DNA of 64,000 nt from Octopus bimaculoides (Eukaryota). Positions 1 through 11,835 of the stretch are shown here, piece after piece (position 1 is the stretch's first letter; every line of letters begins with the position of its first letter). The stretch is taken from positions 28,504,047 through 28,568,046 of the forward strand of contig NC_068994.1 of the NCBI RefSeq assembly GCF_001194135.2, in the 5' to 3' direction. The notes beneath the pieces are model-generated. The model saw only the letters and a program-made list of their open reading frames with translations. It was not told where the DNA came from and made no database searches. The translations under genes were made by a program, and so were the position numbers.

Positions 1-172
1 ATAGAAGATATAAGGTTTATGAAAATAAAATGAAAAACAGAACAAAAACAATGAACTTTCAAAATACATTTGTACTAAATGGAACTAAAAGTAAGTTCTA
101 AAATATTTTTATAAATTTTCTTCTCTGAAATGTATTACAGATTATAGAATTTAGCATTCTGGTAATCACATA

Positions 173-216
173 CATACACACACGCTTACGCACGCACGCA
201 CACGCACACACGCACG

Positions 217-249
<33 letters not shown>
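173..249. repeat. (CA)n/(CACG)n microsatellite
   Basis: Visible directly; similar tracts recur throughout the window. Confidence 0.9.
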
Positions 250-252
<3 letters not shown>

Positions 253-639
253 GACATGCAGCGTAGAGACCAGTGGTTTACTGCCACTGGGGATGAAAGC
301 TGGAACGTGATCAATGTCAGTTAGGTGAAATGGACTAGATAGTCTTATGGTGTGAAACCTGAAGCCACCAAGAAACATGCCTGATGACATCTTAAATATT
401 ATTTTGGACAATATACACAATACAGATCGGAATGGATCTGGTTTTTAAAGTCAACTGGAGAAAGTAACAGACACGTTCCTGTTTTATTATACCTCGTCAA
501 CAAAGCATATTCTATGTAGTTGGGTAGACTAATATCAATACACAAGTATATATATGTAACACACACACACACACGCGCACCCCTCTAGGGGTGTATTTAA
601 AATCCAAAAGTAACAAATAAAAGACGCACTCTTCGGCTT

Positions 640-902
640 TAGTAAACAGGAAGGACACATTTGACAATGTAGCCCTACATATCCAAAAAGACGGAATAAG
701 CACGGCGAGGATGCTTTTGATCATGGGCCTTATTTTAGTCTAAACAACAACGCCAACAAATGGAAATATTTCTGTACTGATTTAGAAATAACACTTGCTA
801 TGGTTTATTTTGGAGTCAACAGTTGCTGCGAAATAGCTAAAGGTACACTTCCGTCAAAAAGAGAGAGATTAAGTCATTGAATGCTTTCGCTATCTTCGCA
901 AG
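640..902 (+). promoter_or_regulatory. Probable MRPL9 promoter and non-coding first exon (donor at 903)
   Basis: Locally CpG-richer than the downstream gene body; ETS/GABP-type motif CACTTCCG at 846-853; donor-like CAAG|GTCAGT at 902/903; the ATG exon at 2276 starts right after an acceptor, so an upstream UTR exon is needed. Confidence 0.5.
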
Positions 903-2275
903 GTCAGTTATTTGTTTTTGCTCTTTCTCAATATTGAACATAATAACATATATAGTTGACATTAAAATATATGTTTTAGTTGTAAGTTTAACTATGAAGC
1001 TACAAATTTAGTTAGCTATTATAAAAGTTGGAGTATATTTGAATTACTGCGATTTCCCTTCGAATGCAGCAGGCACGTTGTTTTGTTTTTTTAAAGACTA
1101 CTTTAGAATGTGAATTCTCGGGAACCAACTCTGAAATTCAGTATCTTTCCCCATTTCATTTCGTTAATTTTCCCAGAAATGGCACAACCCATTTTCTCCT
1201 TGCTCGATCAAAACAATAATAACAATATTGAGTGTTGTTTTTTAGTCTATGTCAGCCCTCATCTCGCAAATCTATGATCGAAAAAGCCCCTCGTATGTCA
1301 TTACTGGGTTTCGAGTTTCTAGCCGATCGTTCGATTTATAAATATTAGTATTTGACACAATACTAAAAAAGAACAAAAAAAAAAAAAAAAANNNNNNNNN
1401 NNNNNNNNNNNNNNNNNNNNNNNNNNNNNNNNNNNNNNNNNNNNNNNNNNNNNNNNNNNNNNNNNNNNNNNNNNNNNNNNNNNNNNNNNNNNNNNNNNNN
1501 NNNNNNNNNNNNNNNNNNNNNNNNNNNNNNNNNNNNNNNNNNNNNNNNNNNNNNNNNNNNNNNNNNNNNNNNNNNNNNNNNNNNNNNNNNNNNNNNNNNN
1601 NNNNNNNNNNNNNNNNNNNNNNNNNNNNNNNNNNNNNNNNNNNNNNNNNNNNNNNNNNNNNNNNNNNNNNNNNNNNNNNNNNNNNNNNNNNNNNNNNNNN
1701 NNNNNNNNNNNNNNNNNNNNNNNNNNNNNNNNNNNNNNNNNNNNNNNNNNNNNNNNNNNNNNNNNNNNNNNNNNNNNNNNNNNNNNNNNNNNNNNNNNNN
1801 NNNNNNNNNNNNNNNNNNNNNNNNNNNNNNNNNNNNAAAAAAAAAAAAAAAAAAAAAATGAAAATCCCTCCAAATAGAAAAGGCTGGGAGGAGTTATATG
1901 GTTTGCTTGGATCAGAATTCCGTCAAAAGGTGTTCCACTTCCCCCTCTCTGTGTACATCAAGGAGTAAATTGACAACTCGTGATTTGAAGGAAATTTGGC
2001 TTAATCTTCATCAGTCTACTGTTAGAGAATATTTTGATATATCTGTATGACAGCCTAGAAGTCATTATATATTGCTTGATCTCCAAATTCCTCTCAAATG
2101 AATTCCATCATTCTAAATAAAGAAGGATACATTAGACAAAAAGCTCTGCCCTTGGTCATGGCTGGAACACCTTTGATCATAAGTCTGTTGAACTAGGGCC
2201 TACTTGAGGCTCAGCAACAACCAGCTTAATTTTTGTTGTATTTCTTTCAAATTATTTTTTTCCTTTTTTTTATAG

Positions 2276-2374
2276 ATGGCGTCTTTAATTCGCAAGCTAC
2301 CTCAGTGTGGGAATTACTTGTTTCTTCAAGCCAACAAGAACCATATTAATAACTCATGTTTAGTACTAACACGG
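2276..2374 (+). CDS. MRPL9: MRPL9 coding exon 1 (mitochondrial presequence-like)
   Basis: Poly-T tract TATAG|ATG GCG; encodes MASLIRKLPQCGNYLFLQANKNHINNSCLVLTR (33 codons, no acidic residues); donor CGG|GTATGT, phase 0, in frame with the next exon. Confidence 0.8.
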
Positions 2375-2882
2375 GTATGTTTCATTAAAACAGTTTTCTT
2401 TTAAGTATTGTTAAAAATGATTGTCTTTCTTCCAGACAAGCATAACTTTGCAGCTAGAGAAGACCATGTTAATTGTGGTGAACCATTTCTCACTGGAGAT
2501 TTTAAAATAAAGCCAATTAATATTTTAAATACTATATTTACTCTCATATAACAGGCATTTAATACAAAAAACTTCAGGGACAAAATTAGTGAAGTGCATT
2601 ATCATCATCAATCCCTTGATATTATGAGGAATCATAGGGCCAGTTACTCACTTTCCATGGCATGTAAGTAACTGAGACCACGTCATTCATCCTGAACAGT
2701 ACACCAGCCCATTACAGGGTTACTCATTTACTGCTGAGTGGACTGGAGCAACTTGAAATTAAGTGTTTTGCTCAAGAACACAATGCACCATCCAAACCAG
2801 AAATTGAAACCTTGATCTTGCAATCATGAGTACAACACTCTAACCACTAGGTCATGCACCTTCACATTGCATTATACTAGAG

Positions 2883-5295
2883 CAGTGGTTCCCAAACTTT
2901 TTTTCTCTGAGCTGCATTTTTGGAATGAAAATTTGCTTCCATCTCACCAAGTTTTATGTGATAAAAAGTATATTTAAAAAATAATAAACAACTAATAGTG
3001 TGTTAAATGTGATATATAACCCAAATAACTTATATGATTAAAGTACACAAATTTAATGAAAGGTATGAGCTTGTTTTTGACGAGTAATCTCCTTTATATT
3101 AGGCCTAATTTGAAATAGACAAACTCATTTCCTCATCAACACAAAGAAGCCTTCCCTTTTTTTGGTTTTTGATATTTGTCAGAACTGAAGATCCTTGTTC
3201 ACAGCAATATGTTATGGAGATAATGCTTTTGAAAAGACACATGGATATTGTTTCTATTTGTATATCCAAAATGAGTTCAATGGTACACTCTTGTGTTTCA
3301 TTTTTAAGGTGCGATCACTTGAAATGTTTGCCAATTCTTCCTCCTCATCTAATGTAAGATCTAAACAGCTTGAATTTGCAATAGGGTCTCTAACCCAGTC
3401 AAATTTTCTTGTAGACAACGATAGAAAGTAATCATAACTTTTTTCTAAAAGTATTACAAGATGTTCCTGTATAAGGGCATACAATTTCTTACTTGTTTTA
3501 AAACTTTTTATGAATGGGAACATTTCTTGGTTATGTTGCATTGCTCTTCCTAGCCAGAGTTGAAGCTTTTTTTTAAATGCAGTCAGTTTATCTGTAGTTG
3601 TGAGTCAAATATTTCACATACCAGTCATTCTCATCCAGCTGGTGAAACAATGGGTTTCCTTCTTGTTTTAAAAATGCTTTTAATTCATTCTTCAGTTCCA
3701 ACACCTGATTTAAAACTTTTCCCCAAGACAACCAGCAAACATCTGTGTGCAGAAGTAGGCAGTGGTTTTCTGATTTCATGTCTTTGTATAGCTGAGCAAA
3801 TAATCCTGCCTTTATTGGTTTTGCTTTGATGAAGTTTACAATGTGCACAGTTTGATCCAAAACCAACTTCAAATCATCCACAAGGGTCTTGGAGACTAAT
3901 GCTTCTCTGAGTTGATATTACATCTGGATTTATCTTTCTGACGATTGCCACCAAGCCTCTCACAGTCCCTATCATACTTGGGGGCCCCATTCGTGCAAAT
4001 TCCAATACAAGAATTCCATGAAATCTCAACCTTTTCAAAATACTCAGACAGGGCTTGAAAAATATCTTGTCCCCTAGTACGTTCAAGTTCCTTGCAAAAT
4101 AAAAATTGTGAATGAATCTGCTATAAGCAAGCAACTGTGCCCTTCCACTAATGTCGATAGATTCATCAACTTGAATGGCAAATTTAGAATTCTTAATACT
4201 TTCAGAAACACAGTTCTCAATATAGCAGACATATCAGCTATTCTTCTGTGAATTGTATTATCAGACAAAGGAATTTTCATAACTTCTGGCTCAGCATCAT
4301 CATCAGAGAAAGTTTTCACAATCAAGCGGCTAGCAAGCTGAATTAATTTTTCAGCTATTAAATGAGGTTTTGTTTGTTGAGCAATTAGTTCTGCTACTTC
4401 CTACAATACAATCTGCATCTTGTCTGAAATTGTCATTGGTTTTTCAAAATATGATTGCTGGTGTTTCTGTTGTTCCAAAAGCCTTTCAAAGTATTGAACA
4501 TCTTTGCCAGATTTTCATGTTTTGATGACAGATGTCTTTTTATCTTGCTTGGGACCATATTGGAATTGAAAAACTTTTCAACACAGATCCAACACATAGG
4601 TTGAGGTGCATTTTTATCTCCAGTCTATGAGAAACTGAGACTCTTAGCTATCCATAATATACTGTCAGCATACTTTCTTTTTTGGAGGCTTGCTTTGACC
4701 TGCTTCTGTTGTAGAATTTGGTGTGTCTTCTTCAATACCTTGTTTATCTGATGATTCTGGATTGGTAAATGAATCTCATCATCCTTGTTATCACTTGATA
4801 CTTTCACTCTTTTTAAAAAAAAATATGTATCCATGATCTGAAAGGAATAAAATATGACCCTGTATTTAGCCTTTTATTCTAGTGGCTGTAATGCCAGAAA
4901 CGAAGTCACCTGCTCAGGGGAAGGGAAGTCCCAGTGAAAAGGCACAAGCAGCCCTACAGCAAAGAAGGCCAGAGAAAGGGTTAAAAGGAGTTAACCATAG
5001 ATACGAAGTCAGAACATTATCATTGATAACTCTCCCCTCCAATTTGAGGACCCTAGTTTTAATACTTGACACAATGCAAAAATATCACAATGATAAAATC
5101 GGTCAATAATTATTTATAACTATCTATACTGGGGCTCATGCATGCAATTACAAGTAATCCATAATAATATTTGAAATTTTGAAATCATATTTATTTTTGG
5201 CATATGAATTTTTTGAAACTGTTTCTAAATCTTTGATTGTCTTTCAATCATTCTGCTGCACTTATGAGGTGCACCACACCATTTTGGAACCACTG
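2883..5295 (-). mobile_element. hAT (Buster-type) DNA transposon, complete ends, decayed
   Basis: TIRs CAGTGGTTCCCAAAC (2883) and ATTTTGGAACCACTG (ends 5295); exact 8-bp TSD TACTAGAG at 2875-2882 and 5296-5303 with the central TA typical of Buster elements; lies antisense in an MRPL9 intron. Confidence 0.93.
3060..4834 (-). pseudogene. Buster/ZBED5-SCAND3-like transposase, frameshifted
   Basis: Split ORFs 4625-4834 (KRKYAD), 4083-4325 (KIPLSDNTIHRRIADMS), 3588-3881 (VHIVNFIKAKP...LLLHTDVCWLSWGKVL) and 3254-3541 (DWVRDP...LNSFWI) are collinear with Buster transposases. Confidence 0.9.
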
Positions 5296-6039
5296 TACTA
5301 GAGTGTAAAAAAACAAAGAGGATAAAATATATAACTAATTATTAGGTGTCACATATTTGAGATGGCATTGTACTCAAATGAATATTGTAGTTCATGTTTT
5401 TTAAAATAAAATGAGTGAATGCTTGAGATGAGTTGTTAATGGTTATCTCCATCATTGTTTTACATTTGCTTTTTTTGCTGGTTTGGTGGTGGATTCTGGG
5501 GCAGTGGTTTACAGACAGTTACCCCTTCTGTCACCAGCCTTTGTAATTGACTCTTATAACACACTGGAATATTGTGTCCCTGCCCTAAAACTGGTATGCA
5601 CATAGTAAACCAAGCAATAATTATAATTTTTTCCAATCATCAACATCATCTTTGAAAATGAAAGTGTTTCTAATATTTACATTTGCAGTAAATGACAATG
5701 TCAGTAGTGTGTCTCATAAAATTGAGGTCAACTTTGCTTTCTTCCTTCCAATAAAAAGAAATATAAATACACATTAGATAATGTGGTTGTTGATTTCTAG
5801 GTCACAAAATGAGACAGGATGATCACAGCAGAATGATTTTGAAGGTAGATGTACTTTGTTATTGTTGATTGTTGATCTGAGGCTAAACAATTTGTATGAT
5901 GACCACAGCTTCTATCAATATCATTTAGATCATGGCCTCTGAAATAGCAAGCTGTGGTCATGGTCACTGTTATCAAATCTTTGTAGTTGTTGTTACAAAT
6001 ATTTCATACAACTGGTCCTGTTGGTTATCAATGTGTGGT

Positions 6040-6230
6040 AGTTATTGGGAATTTTTATATATTGATGATCTAGTTCTCATTGCAGAATGTTTGAAAGTTC
6101 CAATCTGGAGGAAGTGTCCAGAATCCAATAGCCACATCTATATAGTCCAATGTTCAATCCTAAGATGCATGGTACCTTGGCAAGTGTCTTCTACCATTGC
6201 CGTGGGTTGACCAACACCTTGTGTTTGGGA
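6040..6230 (+). mobile_element. Decayed RTE-type LINE reverse-transcriptase fragment
   Basis: WEFLYIDDLVLIAEC resembles the RTE motif WELLYADDLVL; boundaries approximate. Confidence 0.5.
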
Positions 6231-6547
6231 CTTGATTGACAAAAGCAGTGCAAATGTGTGTTATTTGTATGTTTATCGTTTCAGTGATGTACATTTGCAA
6301 AATTTCAATGAGAAATTGCTCATAAACTTGTGCCTTCAAACAAATATATCTTGCATTTGTTCAAGATGAGTCTCACAGAGACACCCTTGTCATTTTCACC
6401 ATCAGAAACTCAGTGAACCAGTGATTAACCCATTAGGAAGCAATAACCAACAATGGTATACTTGACAAAATGCATGATATAAAATAGGTATCCATATTTC
6501 CATAATCATATAGACCAGTTTTTATGCCAGAAGTCAAGAGGTTAAAG

Positions 6548-6754
6548 CAGTGGTTCCCAAAGTGAGTGGTACTGCACTCCGCGCAACAGCTGTATGTGTG
6601 TGTGTGGAAATACTGTGAAATACTGTTGTTTTGAATTTGCTACAGAAAATGGTCTATGTCTGTGATGGTGAGTGGTGGTGGTGGTCGGGTGGGCACTTGG
6701 AATGTGACCTTAGAACCAAGTGGGCAGCAGCCTGAAAAAGTTTGGGAACCACTA
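6548..6754. mobile_element. hAT/Buster-type MITE (207 bp)
   Basis: TIRs CAGTGGTTCCCAAA and TTTGGGAACCACTA; exact 8-bp TSD GGTTAAAG at 6540-6547 and 6755-6762; no ORF. Confidence 0.9.
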
Positions 6755-7004
6755 GGTTAAAGTATGATAGAGAAACAAGAACAGGTATCTTGCTGTAGGG
6801 AAGATACATGGTTACCCCAGTTGGGAAAAAAAAAAGGGGATGGAAATGAAAGTGTATCAAAGACATACCTTCAAGTTATTGGAAGGTGACTATAAGAGAA
6901 ATGGTATGTGCCTAGTAGGAAAAAACATGTGAAATGAAAGAAAAATATGATAAATGATATCTTCACTGAAAAATATATGTATGTTTATTAATGTTATTTT
7001 GTAG

Positions 7005-7161
7005 AACACAGTTATTTTAAAACGAGAATGGGCAGTTCCATTAACCAATCCAGGAGACATACCTCATCTAAAGGATAAACATAGAGTATTTAAATTTGTT
7101 GAAAACACTAATGCTGAAAAACTGCCAGATATCCAGTGTATCCTCACAGACAATATTGATG
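7005..7161 (+). CDS. MRPL9: MRPL9 coding exon 2
   Basis: TTGTAG|AAC...GAT G|GTAAG; NTVILKREWAVPLTNPGDIPHLKDKHRVFKFVENTNAEKLPDIQCILTDNID resembles the bL9m segment TVIVERWWKVPL...HRVYKLVEDT...LELILT recalled from human MRPL9. Confidence 0.92.
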
Positions 7162-7249
7162 GTAAGAAGTTATATTTTATTATTTTTATCTGTTATCATG
7201 GCAGAACCATTAGTGCGACAGACAAATTGCTTATTGCTAATGATGTGAC

Positions 7250-8030
7250 TTAGCTTTTCATCCTTTCAGGGTTGATGAAATAAGTACCAGTTGAGCACTG
7301 GGGTTGATGTAATCAACTAACCCCTCTCTCCAAAAATTTGAAGCCCTGAGCCTAAAGTAGAATGGATTATTATTAGTAGTGTCATTGTGATGATGATGGT
7401 GACAGTGGATTTGCAGAATTATTAAAGCATCAGACAAAGTTCCATGCAATATTTTTTGTGGCTCTTTACACTCTGAGTTTAATCTCACTGAGGTCAACTT
7501 TCGGTGAAGTACCAGTCAAGTATTAAGGTCGATAGTTTTGACTAACCCCCTCTACTAGAAATTTCTGTCCTTGTACCTAAATCAGAAATTAAAGGTGGTG
7601 AGCTGGCTGAAATGTTACCACACTGGACAAAAGGCTTAATGTCATTTTTTTCTTGCACTTTATGTTCTCTGTTCAGATGCTGCCCAGACTGACTTTGTCT
7701 TTTGTCCTCTCAGGGTCAATAAAATAAGTATCAGTTAAGCAGTGGGCTCAATGTAATCAACTTACTTCTGAAAATTGCTGGCCTTGTGCCAAAATTAGAA
7801 GGGATTGTTATTATTGGAAAGTAGCAAGCTGGTAGAACTGTTAGTGCATCAAACAAACTGCTTAGCAGTATTTCTACCAGCTCTTTATGTTCTGTGTTCA
7901 AATTCGACGAAGGTCATCTTTGCCTTTCATCCTTTTGAGAGTGTTGGTAATATACGTACTAGTTGAGCACTGTGTTCAGTAACCAACTATCACCCACCTC
8001 TGAAATGGATGATCTTGTGCCAAAATTAGA
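7250..8030 (+). mobile_element. Cluster of octopus-type SINE fragments (family A)
   Basis: Several decayed copies of GAGCTGGCAGAA...TTCAAATT...CTTTCATCCTTT...AAGTACCAGT...GATGTAATC. Confidence 0.75.
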
Positions 8031-8541
8031 AATCATTATTGTCATTATTAAATCGACCCCTGTCATTCATTTTCACCCTAACATCTAAACCATATGTATC
8101 TACTCAGCACTCTGTATAAGTCTCTTATCAGTCTCTCTCCTGAGATGTAGAGGTTGATATTGACTTCTAGACCATTTCTAAGTTCTCTTCAATCCTTTCG
8201 TTACTGTATTTATTTTGAAATGCTCTGTGTTTCTTTCAATTGCTTTAAATATAACAAAGAATTTAGTAAAATAACTTAGTTATCATTCAGCTAGTGTTAG
8301 GAACATAAATTGTGACTAAGGTTTGGTGGAAGATTTTAATTAAAAACTTATGCAAACAAGACATTTGTACTCAGAGCTGGAGCCAGTTTCAGCCAGTTTG
8401 ATAACAAAAGGGTTAAGCTCTTTTCTTTTGAAAATCACATTAGAAGTGTGATCTTCTTCAATCCTTGCAGATTTTCCTTCCTTTGAGTCGCACATTCCAC
8501 ATCTGACATTGCTATGGTTTGTCTCTTTTCTCAATTAACAG

Positions 8542-8660
8542 GCATTGGCTATAAGAACGAATTGGTAACTGTGAAAAGAAAGTTATTCCGCAATATTCTG
8601 TATCCAGCAGGACTAGCAATGTATGCATCACCTGAAAACATTGAGAAGTTTGCTGTGACA
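8542..8660 (+). CDS. MRPL9: MRPL9 coding exon 3 (ribosomal L9 N-terminal domain)
   Basis: AACAG|GC ATT...ACA|GTAAGT; GIGYKNELVTVKRKLFRNILYPAGLAMYASPEN matches the L9-N signature (G..GD.V.VK.G..RN.L.P.GLA.YASPEN); phase 1 agrees with exon 2. Confidence 0.95.
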
Positions 8661-9156
8661 GTAAGTAAAGGGCTTGTCCTTTTCAGTCCCAGTTAGAATC
8701 ATTTTGATTATGTTACTAATGCCTTTTGTAAAAGTATGCATGTCAATATTTCCCATTTCCCTGCCTCTTAAATGTAAATTCTTATGTAAACTACTTCTGT
8801 AGGCATAGCTATGTAGTTAAGAAGCTCATTTTGCAACCATGTTCAGTCCCACTGTGTTGACCAATACCTTTGGAGTGAATTCGGTTTGTGTTTGTCGCTC
8901 TACTATTGCTTGACAACTGGTGTTGATTTGTTTGCATTCATACCATTTCTTAGCAGTTTGGTAAAAGAAACTAATAGAATAAGTACCAAACATTAAAAGT
9001 ATGCACTGGAGGCAATTTATTTTATTAAACACTTTAAGGCAGCCCAAAGCATTTGCAAAATGTATGTATGTGTGCATGTATTTACACACACACACACACA
9101 CACATGTATAAAGTATTAGTTTTAATTTTCTATTTCTATATTTTCTATATTCTTAG

Positions 9157-9192
9157 AGTGAAGAATTCCTGGGTTCTCGATGGGCAAGATTG
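9157..9192 (+). CDS. MRPL9: MRPL9 coding exon 4 (36-nt microexon)
   Basis: TTCTTAG|AGT...TTG|GTAAGT; SEEFLGSRWARL, phase 0/0; fills the linker between the L9 domains. Confidence 0.75.
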
Positions 9193-9478
9193 GTAAGTTG
9201 GTTTACATTTTCCATTTTATTTCAAATACTTTTAGATTGATATTTCAGTGCTAAAATGGGTTGGAAGGGTTAATAAATGTTTAAATATTTGGATATTGCT
9301 AGAGTGTTAGCTGTCCATCTGGATGGGTCTTCTTACTGCTAGTATATCACCTGTGAAGTAAGACTGGAATCTGTTGTGAGTCTGATATATTAGTGAGTAC
9401 AAAATACAGGGTACCCCAAACTTAACTATCACCTATTTCAGTGAAATCAGACAATTTTTTTAAAAACTCACTTTATTT

Positions 9479-9769
9479 ATACATCATTTACATTTGACGG
9501 ATATTTCTCCTCATCTTGTTTGTTGTTAACACAACTTTTCAGCTGATATACCCTCCAGCCTTCATCAGGTGTCTTGGGGAAATTTTGAACCTGGGTTCTC
9601 ATTCCTAAGGTATTTTTTGATGTTGTTGTTGTTGTTGCACCAACAACAACAGCAGCAACAACATCGAAAAATACCTTAGGAATGAGAACCCAGGTTCGAA
9701 ATTTCCCCAAGACACCTGTTAACAACAAACAAGATGAGGACAAATATCCATCAAATGTAAATAATGTAC
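9479..9769. repeat. Head-to-head inverted pair of Penelope-like pseudo-LTR fragments
   Basis: 9479-9637 is the reverse complement of 9641-9769 apart from a 36-nt indel; the arms meet at a (GTT)n-cac-(CAA)n centre. Confidence 0.85.
9528..9573 (-). ncRNA. Minimal type-I hammerhead ribozyme motif (Penelope-type), mutated
   Basis: Minus strand reads GACAC CTGATGA A GGCTG gagggtatat CAGCT GAAA AGTT GTGTT: core CUGAUGA and GAAA, stem II GGCUG/CAGCU, stem I GACAC/GUGUU. The expected GAAAC is GAAAA, so activity is doubtful. Confidence 0.75.
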
Positions 9770-10794
9770 ATAATTCCTCATCTCTTAACTGTATCACTTT
9801 ATTTATGTTTAATGTGTGTTAAAGGTGTATACATTTTTTATTTTGTCTATAATTTTATTTTCATTCCTGTTAGATCCACAACAGCTTTTCTCCAGTTTGG
9901 CTGCAATCATTTTCTCTACCTCCATCCCCTGCATGGAGCAACAGTTTGGCTGAAATTAAAGAACACATTTAGTTAGCAGTGCAGGAGATAACTCCTGAAA
10001 GGTGTTTTGTAATGCTAAGGATAGATTTGAAATTTGCAGGGATACAGATGGAGCACATGATAAAAATTAAGTAATAAACATAAAATTCTGTCAGATTTAA
10101 AAAAATTTGATCAGTTTCATTGAAAAAGATAGTTAATTCTGAGACACCCTGTTTACTGTTTGAGGACAGTGCACTGTAGTCGATTTTCAAATGAGATGAT
10201 TGGGTACAGCTGTTTGAATGCTGATGATTTAGCCTGGCTGACTGGATTTTCAGCATATTTTGGCAACAGTATTTTCTGGGACTAGAGGCGAACACACACA
10301 TACATACACATGTGCACAGAAATATGCACACACAAATAGAGAGGGAGAGAGAGAGAGAGAGGCTACATATACAAACATTACTAGATTGCTTACACACATA
10401 AACAGAGAAAGACAGACAGAGACATTGCAATTTATTAATTGAAAACGACCAGCATAAATATTTTCCCCTCTTCTTATACACATAAAGAAAAATAAGCTCA
10501 TACACATAAGTGGAGAGAGAGAGAGATGGGAGGAGGGAGAGAAACATCATCATGTCTGGATTCAAATGTCATCATTGAATCAGCATTGCCAAATAAGTGG
10601 TGCCAAAATGCGTGCACCAAAATATCTCATACCCAACTGATGATCTGAATTTGAATGTTCCTGATATCAGAGTACAGAAAAAGAAATGCAAGATATTGAG
10701 GTTGAATCTCACACTACAGAATTGAATTTATCCCTAAATGGTTGAATTAAGAGTACACTAAACAAAAATAGCTTGCAATATTTAGTTACATTAA

Positions 10795-11345
10795 GGCAGT
10801 GAGCTGGCAGAATTGTTGGCACATCAAGCACAATGCCTAGTTGCATTTATGTTCTGGGTTCAACTGCTGCCAGGGTTGATTTTCCTTTCATCCTGTTGGG
10901 GGTTGATAAAATAGGAACCAGTTGAGCCCTGGGGTCGATGTAATCGACTTAGCCCCTTCCCCTTAATTACTGGCCTTATGCCAAAATTTGAAACCAATAT
11001 TTAGTCACATCAATGTGGTAAGCTGGCAAAATCATTAGCACACTGAGCAAAATACTTAGTGGCGTTTCACCTGTCTTTATGTTCTGAGTTCAAATTCTGC
11101 CAAGGCCAGCTTTGCTTTTCATTCTTTCAGGGTCAGTAAAATAAGTACCAGTTGAACTATGGAGCTGATGTAATCAACTTACTCACTTCCCGAAATTGCT
11201 GACCTTGTGCCAAAATTTAAAATCAATTTTTAGTTACATCTGTGTTCAAACCCCATCAAAGTCAACACAGCCTTTTATCTTTCCAGGTTGATAAAATAAA
11301 ACCAGTCAAATAATGGATTTGATTTAATCAACTGTTCTCTGCTAA
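10795..11345 (+). mobile_element. Tandem SINE family A copies
   Basis: Two near-full copies (~10795-11010 and ~11015-11225) plus a fragment, with the same motifs as the 7.2-8.0 kb copies. Confidence 0.8.
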
Positions 11346-11733
11346 CAAAATATGTAGCTTTATGCCTGTTAGGAAACATTGTTATTAGGATGATGGCATG
11401 TCACATTACTTCATTTATGTCCCCAATTTTGTTAGTTCATGAGCCTATTTAAGGAACATAAATCTGCTGGCTTCAGTCTACTTGGTTGATAAAATACATT
11501 CTGTTTTTTATTTCCTAGATTAAGTGGTAACAAGTAGCTGTAACTGTAAATTTGCTCCAACACCAAACAAAAATTTAACATCTTGACTATATGTTAACAC
11601 AGAACAATGGAAATAAAGCAGTCACAAAAATAGAACTCTGAGAGAATAGCTGCTCTATTTGTGTGAAAGATATAATTATTAAACCAATGATGATGATGAT
11701 GACGATAATAATTTCTTGATATTTTATTTGTAG

Positions 11734-11835
11734 ACTCTGAAAATATTATCTAACATGTACCTTACTATTCCAATGAGTGGTGATAATCCATGGGTGTTGA
11801 GCAAGGAGCATGTTGTTGTGGCTTTTAGACTGAGG
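11734..11835 (+). CDS. MRPL9: MRPL9 coding exon 5
   Basis: TTTGTAG|ACT...AGG|GTAAAG; TLKILSNMYLTIPMSGDNPWVLSKEHVVVAFRLR resembles [31 protein letters not shown]. Confidence 0.85.

Larger units (their letters stand above)
9407..10151. mobile_element. Non-autonomous Tc1/mariner element hosting a Penelope LTR pair
   Basis: TA|CAGGGTACCCCAAACTTAACTATC...AATTTTTTTAAA matches the reverse complement of the right end (...GATAGTTAATTCTGAGACACCCTG); residual C-terminal DRFEICRDTDGAHDKN* near 10020-10070. Confidence 0.75.

Noticed and set aside
1-96. Plus-strand donor AAAA|GTAAGT at 91 as an upstream exon
   Set aside because: Isolated motif in AT-rich DNA with no linked acceptor or recognisable peptide.
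9969-10565. 198-aa minus-strand ORF and similar microsatellite-spanning ORFs
   Set aside because: Composed of (GA)n/(CA)n translation and Tc1 remnant sequence; no coding signature.
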